DNA of 64,000 bases from Eutreptiella sp. 'Long Island Sound 2002' (taxonomy: Eukaryota; Protista; Euglenida), in NCBI GenBank assembly GCA_964036045.1, contig OZ038378.1, positions 25,916,001-25,980,000 on the forward strand, written 5' to 3'. The notes under the pieces are model-generated. The model did no database searches and was not told the DNA's origin. It was given only the letters and a program-made list of their open reading frames with translations. A program made the position numbers and the translations under genes. How positions within the stretch are numbered: the stretch's first letter is position 1; every line of letters starts with the position of its first letter. Below are positions 13,740 through 26,224 of this stretch, piece by piece.

Positions 13740-14158
13740 CCTTGTCTAAGCCACGGAAACCTCCTGCCCAGCTCAGACGAAGAGTTGTACAGCACGGATA
13801 TTAGTGACACGCGGTTGCGGGGGGTATCGGGCAGTGACAGTGACGAATTTAGTACAGAAGTCAGTGAGAGCAGGAAGAGGCGTCGGGGGGGGGGGGGTCG
13901 AGTTCTGAGGCCAGGCCCTAACCAGCGAGGGAGGGCGCCAGTGGCGCTCTTGGACTGCTTTGGACTATGTGTGACGGCGCCTAACGGCGCCTTGCTGGAC
14001 AGATGGGACGATGTGTGCCGCGGCTCCGCCGCGTGATACTTGATGATTGGGGGCGTAGGTCTGTCGGTGGGGACCTATCGCTGAACATTCCACTGTTCTA
14101 TGGCTAAGCCACGGAAAAGTCCCAAATTAATACGCCTACTGTAGCTTAGACAAGGCCG
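13740..14158. mobile_element. Tiny TIR element (~60 bp originally) interrupted by a 344-bp 5'-truncated LINE 3' end
   Basis: TIRs ccttgtctaagccacgg (13740) / ctgtagcttagacaagg (14139-14155). 14-bp direct repeat ctaagccacggaaa at 13746-13759 and 14104-14117. The insert encodes YSTDISDTR...FSTEVSESRKRRR, similar to the L1 ORF2 tail FSTDVSDTRRQRKK. Confidence 0.7.
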
Positions 14159-15049
14159 CAGCTTACGCACACCACATACAACCACCCTTGAAATAAACAC
14201 TGGCCCGAGGCTTTTCGGCCAGCGGCCAGTAGATTGTAAATTTTTGTAAATTTTGGTGTAAATTCCACCTTTTTTGAGAGAAATCCAAAAAAAATTCTAC
14301 CATTTTACCTGTTTCATGCTTCCTTCTTCCTACCCATTCCCCAAATGTTTCATAAGACACAATTAGTCATTCATGCATATGACCTGGACACCACTAACAC
14401 CACTCTGCTTGAATGCTGTTTTTTTACAACTCTGGACGTGTGCTGTTTATTCCTGATTGTCACATGAACATCACTGCTTATTTTTTTTACAACTCTGGAT
14501 GGGTGCTGTTTATTCCTGATGGTGATTTGACCATTCTCCTATGCATAGGTTACCCTACCTCACCACGCGCGGGAAACTTGCCTTGACAACCATGTACGAA
14601 TGGCAACAATGTGAACAAAATGACAAAAAGCACGCAACTTGCAAGACAAAGAAGGTCAATTCCATCATGAAATAGTGCAAAAATAGCAATTTACACCAAT
14701 TCACACTGAATTTACACCCGTAAACACTGCGGTGGCCCAAAAAGTGGCCGCTTTCGTAAAATTTACGCATTTACGCGTAAATTTGCCATTCGGCCAGCGG
14801 TCTGGCCAGCATTTAATTAATGGGTGCATACAACTACCAAAACACACGTGCTCGTGGAAGAAAGGGGAATATAATGCGGGCATTTGGTAAAACCTAGTAC
14901 TAGTAAAACCTAAAATTTTTGTTTGAAAAAAATTTAAAAAAAATTTACTAGGTAAAAAAACAAAAATTAAAACAATTTTTTACCAGGTAGACACAAATTT
15001 GGACTTGAATTTGAACAAAAAACACAAAGTTTAAAGGGGGGGAGGGGTC

Positions 15050-16205
15050 AACAGTAGGTGGTATTTTGTTTCAGGGCATAGTGCCCCTTGGTCGATTGTA
15101 GGCCACTTGTGTAAGTGTTGCCCCACCCGGGCCAAACAGTGTATTGCAAGGTCAACAGAAATGAAATCAGGCTCAAGAAAAGACCCCTGGCATGGCCATG
15201 GCCAACACCAACACGGTGGCAATGGGAAAAAAACCGGGAGCAATAAAACAAGACACACATGTGTGCTTTATGTGAAGTCGCAAAACACACGCTTGTAGAT
15301 GAGGTCCGCCTTTTTATCTTTGTACGCGGGTTGTGCTGTTGGCGGATTGTGCTTGCACATGTTGCGAAGCACGTCCGTGGTCTTCGTATCCAACTCTTCA
15401 ACCAATTTTTGTCATACTGCAATCTACCAGCGACATGTTTGGGGCAATGCTCTGGAACAAAAAATTCCTTACCACGGATCACCACCTTTGGACAGACTGC
15501 ATCTACTGAAGGCGGCTTGTCAACCACAGGCCGGTCACCCAACGCGAATGCCAGTACAATGCATGCAAATGTGGCAGTAAATTGCACTCTCCATTTGCGC
15601 AATGCCACACATATCTCTGATGGACACAAAACAGAAGCATGCAGGGCACACTAATAAACTCCACATTCACGGTACGTCATCGCAAAAAAAAGCACGACGA
15701 ACGGCTGGGTGGACAATAGGGCGTCGCATACATCCGTGCCAAGGCCCAACTCGGTGGTGTGGATAGGGGGAGCATGCGCGGAATTGCGATAGTGCAAAGT
15801 TGCCCTTGCAATCTGACACAGCAACCACAATCTATCTTGCGGAAGTCGCATGGTGCCTTTGACAACAGGCCTAGACAAAAGGCAATGCAGCATCAGAAGG
15901 CAGGCAAGATGGCAGCTCACATAGTCCTTTTGATGTAGGAAGGTGGAGTAGAGGGGGGCTATAGCAAAAGCTATACTGCCAAACTCACCAAAAACGTGCC
16001 CCACTTCTTTTGCTGCCTTGGCTGAATGCCTTCTTGTTTGGCAATGAGGTTGACTATGGCCAACTCCTCACCCACTATGGCACTATGGCACCCACTATGT
16101 ACGGCCTGTTACACAGCGGATCGAACACGAGGCATAAGAAAATGCGTGTTGGGGAAACCAACAACAAGCGGAGCACCCAATGTGTATTGCGCACATTGAA
16201 TACTT
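15050..16205 (-). pseudogene. Ulp1/C48-like cysteine protease + PHD-like finger pseudogene, copy B (N-terminally truncated, frameshifted)
   Basis: VFNVRNTHWVL, FDPL, QKDYVSCHLACLL, VVKGTMRLPQDRLWLL and CPSEICVALR align with copy A at 27213-28163. Confidence 0.7.
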
Positions 16206-16335
16206 GTGCGCCGGGGGACAAAATCAGAAGTGGCCCACAAGTGGGCCCAGTGGCTACATAACCCCTGCCGTCTGGGGGTCCCCTGATGCTTCAGAGTGGG
16301 GGACAAAATCAGAAGTGGCCCAGAAGTGGCCCAAA
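16205..16335 (-). repeat. ~1.5 units of the 84-bp tandem repeat (reverse complement of 26225-26670)
   Basis: aaatcagaagtggcccacaagtgggcccagtggctacataacccctgcc matches the reverse complement of the 26.2-26.7 kb units. Confidence 0.8.
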
Positions 16336-16714
16336 AGTTCTGAGCAAAGGCAAGGAGCAAGAAGAGATACGGTAGAACGCAGAGGTCGACTTCCTTGCCA
16401 AGGCGCCGGGCTATGACTGTGAGGGCCCCCGAGGGCTAGGGGGCATAGCCATGTGCGGAGGGCCTTGGCATGGGGAAAATCCGCTTGCATCCGGGAGCAC
16501 AAGGGGGGGGGGGGGGGGTTGGGAAATTGATACATGTGACAGGACACATGTTTGGTCACAAGTGACTGCTGTTTTTGTTTTGACCGGTGACCTGAAACCT
16601 AGTTCTTTTTTTTTACTGGGTTCCGATACCTAGTAAAACATAGTGAGCCTAGTAAACTGTTACCTAGTAAGAAAAAAAAATTTCAAAGAAAATTTTACTA
16701 AATTTTACTACACA

Positions 16715-16860
16715 CCCATTTAATGCACAAATGTACCCAAAATCAGAGCTACATGGGTTCGGGTTCAAATGGGCACACTCACAAAAAATGTGTCCATGAC
16801 TCTATGTAACTGGCAAATTTGTCACCAAACCCATTTCTTATGTGGCTGCACTGCATTTGG
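16715..16860 (+). repeat. Dispersed ~130-bp repeat (second copy at 23265-23400, inside the pogo-like element)
   Basis: Shared ccaaaatcagagc and aaatgtgtccatgactctatgtaa.tggcaaat..g..ac.aaaccca. Confidence 0.7.
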
Positions 16861-18724
16861 TACCGAATTATGGGCTCTATAGGTTTGGGCGCACAAACGC
16901 GATACAGGTAACCCCTGGTCTAAGTGTGCTATCACTGGCCTCACTTGGTCCACACAGGTCAGGTCGAATGGGGCCTTGGGTTCACAAACCCAGTGGGTTC
17001 AGGCTGCTGTGGTTCGGTGGTTAAAGACGCGGGGGGGGGAGTGGTGGTGGTGGGGCGCACACACGTCAACAAGCGCTCCACATACACACGTCCTGGTGTG
17101 CATATGCAGCAATATCCCGCAGTTCTTAGTGATATTAGTGTTCTTCACATGTACACTTGGTGGGCCGCTTGTGTGTTCTTGTGGCTGCCGTGTTCTGTTG
17201 ACCACCACAAGTGGTCTGCATCTTCAACACACGGGGCAGCTCCTGTCCATCCATTTGACCTTGCACTAAGGCTGGCACTCAACAGGCCACAATCCAGTAG
17301 ATTAGTCCGGCAGCTGTGGGAAGAGTGAGGAGAAGCATGATCTAATGTCAGTAGTGAGGCGGGGAGGTGGGGGGCGTCGTAAAAAATGGGGTGTGTGGTT
17401 TAATTCTCCGAGACCTTCAACCATCACCCTTCCTCCAAAAGTCGATTCCAGTCGTCGCTGCCCAAATGGGACGTCAGGCAGTTGCACATAGGAAATACCT
17501 GACAGACGACGGAAAATAGCGCGACGATGTCGATGTCGCAGATACAGGAGTGCTTTCGCAGAGGGATGTAGGTGCAGTGGTTGGAAGGAGCGGCTCCATG
17601 GTGCAACAAGCAACGAAAATGAGTCTGTGCATGTGGCAACAAGGGGTGAAAGGGTCTGTGCCCAGCAGATACATTCACGTGCGCGCACACACGGCATGTT
17701 GCCCTGCCCGTGCAGAGTCTACATGCAGTGGATGATTGGGGTGGCACATGGTGACTCAAGGAGCCATATACAATGGTCCCAGTTCCATCTGCGCTCTGCT
17801 GTGCACTCATTCTTTCGACAGTTGTCAGTTTGCTGGTTTGCGCAACATAACGTATCCTCTGATGTAAAGTGACACACAGAATTGTGTCATATGCATCATA
17901 TTTCTTCATGTGTGCAGAATGCCCAGCCCCGAAACACATTGCGAGGCGAGCAAAACCAACGACTTTTTGTTTTAGATTTTACCTCCACTGCAAATTGCCA
18001 ACATGAAAAGTTGCTTTGTGGTTTTGGTAGAAGCTTTGGTTCAGGGGCAGGTGGAGGAATCCGAAATTTCACCTTGGTTGGACCATAGAACCCAGCCCTT
18101 TGAAGATTTCGACCAGTGAACGGAGAGAATTGTAAAATAATCTGAACTGCAGAAGCATTACCCCACACATCATATGGTTCAGGTGAAGGTAAATAGTGGT
18201 ACAATCTCACAAATGGATATCCTGCCATATTGGTTTTAGGTCCACTGGCTTCTGCAACATGCAACTACTGCCGCATTATGGCAAATACCCGGCAAAGGCC
18301 TAAGAATGGAAGAGAACTGTGCCCCTTTGCCCAGTTGTTGTCACTGTGCCCAGTTGTTGTCTCTATGCCTGAAGTGCCCAATGTGGTGGGCTGAATGCAG
18401 CATGTGGCGGAGGACACAGGGTTTCGATGACACCCACCACTCAATTGCAGAGTGGTCATGGCACACCACAGTTTACAGGACATGGCACAACTGTCGCAGG
18501 CCACAAAAGACAACACCACAAACTGTCTGTCATCATCAGCGTGCAGTGTGCAGTGTGAAGCAAAAACAGTTTCATAGATAAAAAAAAAAACATGAATAAA
18601 CATCTGTCACCCTGCTCCCTCCCCTGCAAATCTGCCTCCTCTGCAACTCTAGTACCTCCCTGACACAGCAGTGAGCAGAGTGCTCTCCATGCTGCATAGG
18701 CAGAAAATCTGTGTACGAGCACTC

Positions 18725-19325
18725 AGCTTAATCCACCTCGTTTCTAGTTATGTTATTTCTCCACTGCGAGTGCAATGCATACTACACCAAGTGCATGAAC
18801 CATGGTGCAGCTCGTTTCTGGTTACATTATTGCTGCAATGGGACTGCAATGCACGCTACACCGAGTGCATGGACCATGGTGCAGCTCGTTTCTGGTTACG
18901 TCATTGCTGCAATGGGACCGCAATGCACACGACAACAAATGTGTGGATCATCTGACCACCCAGTGCACCTCGTTTCTAGTTACGGTGTTGCTGCAATGGG
19001 ACTGCAGGGCACCATATCAAGCGTGCTGACCATCACCGACCACTCAGTGCATCTCATTTCTAGTTGCGTGATTACTGCAACCAGACTGCAATGCATACTA
19101 CAGCTAGTGTGCACACATCCAACCACTTGGTCTACCTCATTTCTAGTTATGTCCTTGCTGCAATGCTGCAATGGGACTGCAATGCACACACCACCGAGTG
19201 GTCGGACAACCTCATTTTTTTTGCTCCAATGGGACTGCAATGCACACCCCACCAAATGTGCCAACCATCCAACCACATAGTGCACCTCATTCCTCATTTC
19301 TAGTTATCTTTTTGCTGCAATGGGA
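18725..19325. repeat. Degenerate minisatellite, about 8 units of 74-84 bp
   Basis: ctc(g/a)tttct(a/g)gtta...tgctgcaatgggactgcaatgcac recurs at 18737, 18811, 18885, 18969, 19053, 19136, 19211 and 19293. Confidence 0.9.
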
Positions 19326-19599
19326 TTCACTGACAAGGACAAATCCTTAGCCTTCTCCTGCACCCTTGGCAAATCAGCACTGCTCTCAGCACGACTCTCG
19401 AGACTCCTTTCACACTTGTGGCCTTTGCAGGCCTTCTTGCCACTTGGCCAGTCATCAACGCTCAAGCGCTAATCCTCCATGGCGATGCGGAGTGTCCGAG
19501 TCCCAATGAAGTCCTCAAAGGGGCTACAAGAAATATGAATCCATTCCGAAGGCCCGTGCATCCCAGACCGAGGCTATATTACTCCGGCCACCTTGAGGC

Positions 19600-20090
19600 A
19601 GAATAGGGAGGAATCAAGAAAAGAGGGCTACATGACCCATGCCATCTCAGGGTCCCCAAAGCAGGGAGGAGTCAAGAAGGCTACAAAACCCCTGCTGTCT
19701 CAGGGTCCCTAGAGCAGGCAGGGAGGAATCAAAAAAGGCTACATATCCTGGGCCATCTCAGGGTCCCCAAACCGGAGAGGAATTAAGAAGGGCTACACAA
19801 CCCTTGCCATCTCGGGTCCCTTGAGCAGGGAGGAATATGAAAATGCTACATAGCCCTTGCCGTCTCAGGGTTTGTAATGCGGGGAGGAATCAAGCAAGGC
19901 TACATAACCCTTGCCATCTCAGGTCCCCAACGCAGGGAGGAATCAAGAAAAGAAAGGTACATGGCCCCTACGGTCTCTAGGTCCCCAAAGCAGGGAGGAA
20001 TCAAAAACACCGAAAATCCCTGCCTTCCTCGTCCCAGAGCGGGGAGGGATCAAGAAAAGCTACCTTAACCCCTACCATCTCAAGGCCTCC
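19600..20090. repeat. Minisatellite, about 9 units of ~54 bp
   Basis: ggctaca.aaccc.tgcc.tctcagggtccccaaagcagggaggaatcaa recurs at 19626, 19679, 19737, 19791, 19844, 19898, 19956 and onward. Confidence 0.9.
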
Positions 20091-20329
20091 ACAGGAGGGA
20101 GGCACCAACCGGTGGCGGGAAGCGCGTCGTTCTACGAAGCTAAGTGACATTGTTGTTTTAGCAGTCCAAGGATTTAGGACATGTACAGTGGGGCGGCATG
20201 AGTCCGCCTTATTAGCCCTGGCGTTGGTCGGAAATCATATTTAGCAGAATAGCCCATGGGCGAGATGGCTATTCTCCGCCACCATGGCTATCCTCCTGGA
20301 TGGTGATGAAAGAGACCATAGAGGAGTAT

Positions 20330-20440
20330 TTGCACTGCACGCGCACTGCGTGCTACTTTTATGGCAGTTTTACCCGAAATAGGTTGGCTTTTACCCCCTC
20401 CCAAAATGCCCCCGAAGGAGAGCAACCCCTTGGGTACAAG
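20330..20440 (+). repeat. Duplicated coding remnant (second copy at ~30620-30735)
   Basis: ARALRATFMAVLPEIGWLLPPPKMPPKESNPWVQDL versus ARALRATFMSGLPRRGWLLPPPKMPARES. Probably retroelement-derived; family not recognised. Confidence 0.65.
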
Positions 20441-21740
20441 ACCTGTGTGAATTCCCACATGTGTGGGTGCCAAAAGAAAAGCAACAATAATATGGCTGGC
20501 AACTACATATTTCACGATGGCAATGAGTCCCCAAACCGCATGCAACTTGGACGGCATTTCTGCCTCACGTAACGTGGAGAAACTAAGAACGGGCCCTATG
20601 ACCATCGGCATTCGAGGGGCCCAGAATCCGGCAAAGTGGCCGTCTAGGGGGTCAGCAACACCCAAGGAGGGGAGAAATAAGAACGCGTTGTGTGACCATC
20701 ACCGTTCGAGGGGCCCACATTGGGCAAAATAGCTACATAACGTCTCGCGGGGCCCCAAAGGGGAGTATCTTCATCGCGCGCACATCGCACACATGCCGCA
20801 CGCTACTTCCACAGCACATTTCCCTAGAACGGCCTAGGCTTTCCCCCCTTCTAAAATGGCCCTTACGGCGAGAAAACCCCTTGGTGGTAAGCACGGTTGC
20901 TTGGTCGGGATAGGTTGCGAAATCTCCGCGCCGTGCCCGCGCCGTGTCAGGTGCTCCCCTCAACGCCCATTCACCCGAGATGAGGGGTCGCCGAAGCAAT
21001 ACCTGCAGGTGCTTGGTTGGGCCAGACTGCCTGATCTCCGCAAGACATCACGGGCTCCCCCCATCCCGCCGTTATAGCACGAGGCTCATGCTTTTAACAG
21101 TTAGGTTTGCTCACAAGTCGCAAGCCCATGGCCATCCATGACACCTTCCACCCAATGGGAAAGGAAAAGGCAAAGTACCGCCAAATGACCATTAGCCATA
21201 ATGGCTTGTGCATGAGGGTGGGGGGGCAAGTGTGTAGGCTATCTGGTTGCACGCATGGGACCATACCGCCGGAATGCCGACTAACGTAACAGCCTTGCAA
21301 TGCTACTGTCACTACTATAGTACCAACTGGTGTGAAATCTGTTGCGGAGCGCCGAGTGCATGCACCTAGGGCAAGTCGGCCACACTTGCGTTTGTGCAGC
21401 CCTTCCCCTTCAGAAACCTAAGGTTGACAAGCCATATCTCAAGCGACATACATGGCACTGCCAAGCGGAGCAAGTTTCCGCGGATAGGGGGGCCCCGGAG
21501 CGTGGCCACACGGCAGGGGGGGGGGGGGGCATTTAAGGGCACACACACACTGTGTTCCCTTCCAGGCAAGCAACACGGGATGCAATGTTGCTCCTGCTAC
21601 CACTACTACTAGTACCAATGGTGTACTCATTGCTACCAAAACCCACAACATCTCTTGGAAAGGTGGGTGGAGGTCAAGGTGCAGTCATAGCATGCGGGCG
21701 CGCGTGTGCGTTGGAAGTTGTATGTGTTGCGCGCAAGCTA

Positions 21741-23464
21741 CGCCCTTGTCCAAGCTACATTAGGCGTAGAAACCGCAATAATTCCTTACATTGGCGTAGT
21801 TCATACAACTGGGGGGGGGGGGTATGAAGACAAATTCTGAGCATGCAAACACAAGAAAGCCTTGGGAACATGAAAATTTCAGGTTCATACCCATGTTGTC
21901 ACAGGAAATGAAGGATGCGAAGCCTACAAATGTTCGGCTTGGAAACCCTTCTTGCGATCAAACACCATGCGAGACAATTGCACATGCTCACCACTTGAAG
22001 ATGCCTTTGGCTGAGGCTTAGGGGCTGGTTTGGGTTCAGGCAACTTCAAATCCTTGGGAATGAACCTGCCTTGCACGTGGTCCCTTGCAAAATACAACTT
22101 CCCATCAAAGACATGGGCCATTCCCCACTCGCCTTGGGCAGCCTTAGCCCAAACCACTTCAGTGGGTTCATCATCGGAGTCACTAGAATCACCACTTGAA
22201 GAAGACTCAAAAATGGGACCATCGTCATCGGTGTCCGTCCCAGAATCAGAATCGGAAGTTGAATCAGAATTAGAATTGGTTAAATACTTAAAATCCTCGA
22301 GCTCCAACAACTTCATCCCCTTAGGGAAATAAGCCGCATGGCACGCAGCCCTAATATCATCCTCCGTTGTGGCATTGAATGCCCTCTCCGTTGTGGCATC
22401 CAATGCCTCGAAAACCCACGTGGCGGTTTCCTCGCGTGAAGGGACGGGGACGGGCCCTCGTTTCCTTTTTTCCCCCATTAATTTGTCTTCCACCCACTCA
22501 TGATACTGAGAGCGCTTTCCCGGGGGGGGCGTCTTCCGGTGCCCACCCTTCATGTGGGCATGTGGGCATGTGGGCTACCTTCTTCAAACCCTCCTTTTGG
22601 CCCACCAATTCCCCAATGTCCTTGGGTGACTTCACACTTTTGGCTGCGTGGCGCAGCCCATGTCGCCTCGCGTAGTTGATGATCTCCACTTTTTCGCTAC
22701 CACTTCGAAAACGACGAAGGGGGGCAGCTATGACCTCCGCCTTTGTGCGGCGCCGGGTGGACTTCACGTTGGTGCAGTCCATGGAGACGGCCGTAGAATT
22801 GGAGGTGGTACAGCCTCGACACACCGGTACTTGGTGGGGGGCTCAACATCATCCTCCTCATCCTCGTTGGCTAGGTGGGAGCAACCAAAGAAGTCCTTCA
22901 TGGTGAGCTGCCCTCACGCAGCAGCCCTGGGGGGGACCTTCGTGGTGTGCCCGAGCTTTGGACACGGCTCGGCCACCACCTCTGGTTCATGAGGAACTTT
23001 AGCGGCCATGGGAGGTAACGGCGTTATGTGTGGCTCGGGGGAGGGAGACGGGGACCGGAGGAAGAACTTGGTTCTTGGAAGAGGGGCACAGAGGTGTGTG
23101 ACCATCTGTCCACCCTTCATGTACTCCAACACCGCAAATTGGCCCCCCCTCTCCGATGGACCCTTCATTGTGGCATCCACACGGTCACTGGTGGAACGTG
23201 TGAAAATCAATAGACACCCAGGTTCAAAAAGAGAAGATTGCACGGTGAGGTGGTGCAACAAAGGGGAATATAAAGCACAACTATCCCCAAAATCAGAGCC
23301 ATGTGGGTTCAAGTGGGCAAAGACTCACAACAAATGTGTCCATGACTCTATGTAATTGGCAAATGTGACGACAAACCCATGTGGCCGCACTACACTTCGT
23401 ACATGATTAAAGGACATAAACAATTATCACAGTCCCTACGCCTACTATAACTTGGACAAGGGCA
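21741..23464 (-). mobile_element. Internally deleted pogo-like (Tc1/mariner superfamily) DNA transposon
   Basis: TIRs cgcccttgtccaagctacattaggcgta / tacgcctactataacttggacaagggca, with TA on the left flank. Brinker-like HTH RRFRSGSEKVEIINYARRHGLRHAAK (22498..22824) is joined to a DDE_1-like C-terminus PSREETATWVFEALDA (21924..22553). The catalytic core is absent. Confidence 0.7.
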
Positions 23465-24229
23465 TGGCTTGTACAAGAAGGGGGGGGGGGGGGGCTCTTG
23501 TGCTAGGCTTTGTTTGTGACCAAAAACCACAATGCGAGGTATGTCATAGAAATGTCTTCAGAGTGATTCGAACCTCTCACTTTGAGATATGACAGCAACC
23601 CACATACCAGTAGGGTATTGGCCGTATCTTAGCTGCAACTACTTGCGGATGGCAACAAGACCAAGGACGGGTTGTTTTTTCATGTTGCAAATTGCAAACA
23701 CGAATACAAGCAAAACACTAGTTCAAGTGGGATGCAATGAACAAGGAAAATTTCCTCTTGCTTGTGTGCTTTCCAGAAAAAATTCCAATATGTTTGGTGC
23801 CAAGACTCCACCAAATAATGACACGTGGCGGCAAGAGGCCCTGTGGGGACGGGTGCACGGTGTGTGCACGGTGCACACCGTTTTGGACAACTACACAGCT
23901 TTCACCCCCCAAATGGACCCTCACAGAAAGGTACCGGACAGCATTTCTTGATGGGCTCTGTTGTTCTAGAAGACAAGGATACTAGCGCAAACCCAAAACA
24001 ATTACATTGTGTTGTTGAGCTTCAAACAAAGGAATCGCATTGCAATGTAGTCCTTGGGGCATGCAGGGTGAAATGGGGTACCAGCTCAACAACATAGCAC
24101 CTCACGGGTCAACAACAAAGCAAAACAATGGTGCCAAATAAATTATCTAAATAAAAATATGAGCGGTGCGGGCACAGTGCTTCCTGTTCCCTGTGGAGGA
24201 AGGGGCCGCTAGCAGGTCACAAAGCGCTC

Positions 24230-26000
24230 CACACATGCACGTCTTGGTATGCATATGCAGCAGTGTAGACATAGTGTCGTCGGAGGAGTCAGTGACTACA
24301 TTGTGGGTAGCGATACACTCTGAGAAATCCAGACACATTGGTTGGATCACATCAAGGGCAGTGCTCTGCCGTGGTGGATGTGCTGACCTACAGAGTGCAG
24401 GGGTGTCGCCCGAGGGCGTTATGACATCATGGGCATTCAAGGAGCGCGGGACCGCAGGTGCCCGCCGTGGGGTGGGTGTGGAGGGCAAGTCCAAGTTAAT
24501 GACTGGTCTGTTTGGTAATGACAAAGCATGATAAAGTGGAGAACTAATTGCTTTCTTCCGCAAGTCCATCCGCCCGCTCGTTCCTTGGTATGTTTGTGTG
24601 GCTCGGCGCTCTAAGCCATCGTACTCTTGCATGCACATTATCCACCAGCTCTAAGAGCTGAATCCAGATATCCACGTTACAGACTGGTCCTAACTGTCCT
24701 ACTCAACCTGCTCCTCGCCACCTGAAGGCTGCTCCATTGAGGCCATCATAGACACATTGTGAGTCCATGGCAATGACTAATTTGATTTCGTGGCATTTAA
24801 AGTGCTCAAGAACAGAGACAATAGCCTGCACTTCGGCGCGATTGTTGGTTTGTGCAGTTACGGGGTGCGTCAACCCTTTGGTTTCCCATTGCCCCATTAC
24901 CACACCCCCAAACCCAACAACCCAGCCAATTTTAGGATGGTGCTTCGCTGAGCCGTCAGTGAAGGCTAGTGTCCAACCCTCATTCTCTAGTTGTCCGATG
25001 ATGTGCTTGGCCTCCTCAGCTAGTTGTTGTTTACGTTCCTCTATGTTTTTTGCGTGCCCTTTCGGTTGCCTCACTTGAGTCCTCCCTGGGGGCTTGAATG
25101 CGTCCAGCCGGGAGGGCTCCGGTCTGTGACAGTGAGGCGAGTGCATCACTAAAGGGCAAAAACGATTTGCTCAAATCTTGTAAAGGTTTCCAAAGAATGA
25201 GTTGGGACAGAACGAACATCCACTGTGACCGAAAGTATTCATGGGAGGCCAATACTGAGCCATGTTTGACTTGGTTCCGGAGGGACCAATGAGCGGCCTT
25301 AGCCGCCAACAAGCAAATCCCCTGGGGAGTAGAAAAGGAGAGCCGAGGAGGCAGTGAACGGGTAGTGTGGCTACGGCCGTCCACATACATGGGCCCCCAG
25401 CACAATGGAAGCCATGGCCAGGCCAATAAATCTACATTCGGACAGAGCATGCTGAACTGATTCAATACTAGCACATACGGGGCACCAGGGGAATTGGGTC
25501 CAATTTTGGAGCCTCTCTCCAACTTTAAGCTTGGCCCGGAGGGACTGATAAACAAAGTCTTTCAGGAAGGGGGGCAACTGTGCCCGCCAAAATGTGGAGG
25601 AAGGGGTGGGGGATTGTTGGGGTCGGGTTAGTCAACAGGTGGTCCCCTGTGGTGAGTAGTGTGCCAAGTAGGTCGAGAGCCCCCCCCAAGGTGGCCAAAA
25701 AGGACGCATGGTCCGATGATGGGGCCTTGCTATGCGAACACACGGCACTACAATTTAGGATGGTGTGCTTATGGGGGCAGCGCTCCGCGGTGTGACAGAA
25801 CATGGGGTGAGGGCTACTTGTGGTACTGTAGGCAAGCTGGGTGGTGCTTGGGGGCTTCTCCATGAGAGGGTAAATCTGGGGCTGAAGTCGGGATAGTTAA
25901 TAGAAAAGTAGCGCGCCGGGCACGCGCCAAACAAACATTCCTCCACATGCCAAAGGCAAGGCAGGCAGATACGGCGGAGGGGAGATGAGGTAGGGGAGGC
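24230..26000 (-). pseudogene. 3' fragment of a LINE ORF2: CCHC knuckle + RNase H1-type domain
   Basis: CPVCASIESVQHALSEC (25371..25577); LAFTDGSA, QTNNRAEVQA, MDSQCVY (24703..25149). After a TGA the frame continues VRWLRAPSHTNIPRNERADGLAEE. Confidence 0.85.
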
Positions 26001-26224
26001 AAAAGGGGTCCGTGGTAACACCGAGTAAAAGTTTTTGTAGACTTTCTTTCACTGAGTTTCAAAATCTAGTAAAGAAATGTACTTACTAATCTTTTCCTCT
26101 GGGGGTGACTAATCTTTTCCTCCGGGGTGGGTTTGTTAATAAGTTATCACCGTCACTTAGCAAATTCCTTAGTAAACTTTTTTTCCTAGTAAGTAAAAAA
26201 TTTACAAAAAAAATAATCTTCTCC

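Larger units (their letters stand above)
14885..16710 (-). mobile_element. Putative non-autonomous DNA transposon (MULE/Foldback-like) carrying a Ulp1-PHD pseudogene
   Basis: AT-rich imperfect inverted ends built from (c)tagtaaaa/ttactagg motifs: left tagtaaaa..taaaattttt.tttgaaa..ttactaggtaa; right end reverse-complemented tagtaaaa..taaaattttctttgaaa..ttactaggtaa. No TSD identified. Confidence 0.55.

Noticed and set aside
18725-19325. CRISPR-like repeat/spacer appearance
   Set aside because: The variable parts are homologous to each other, the repeats are degenerate, there are no cas genes and the context is eukaryotic. It is a minisatellite.
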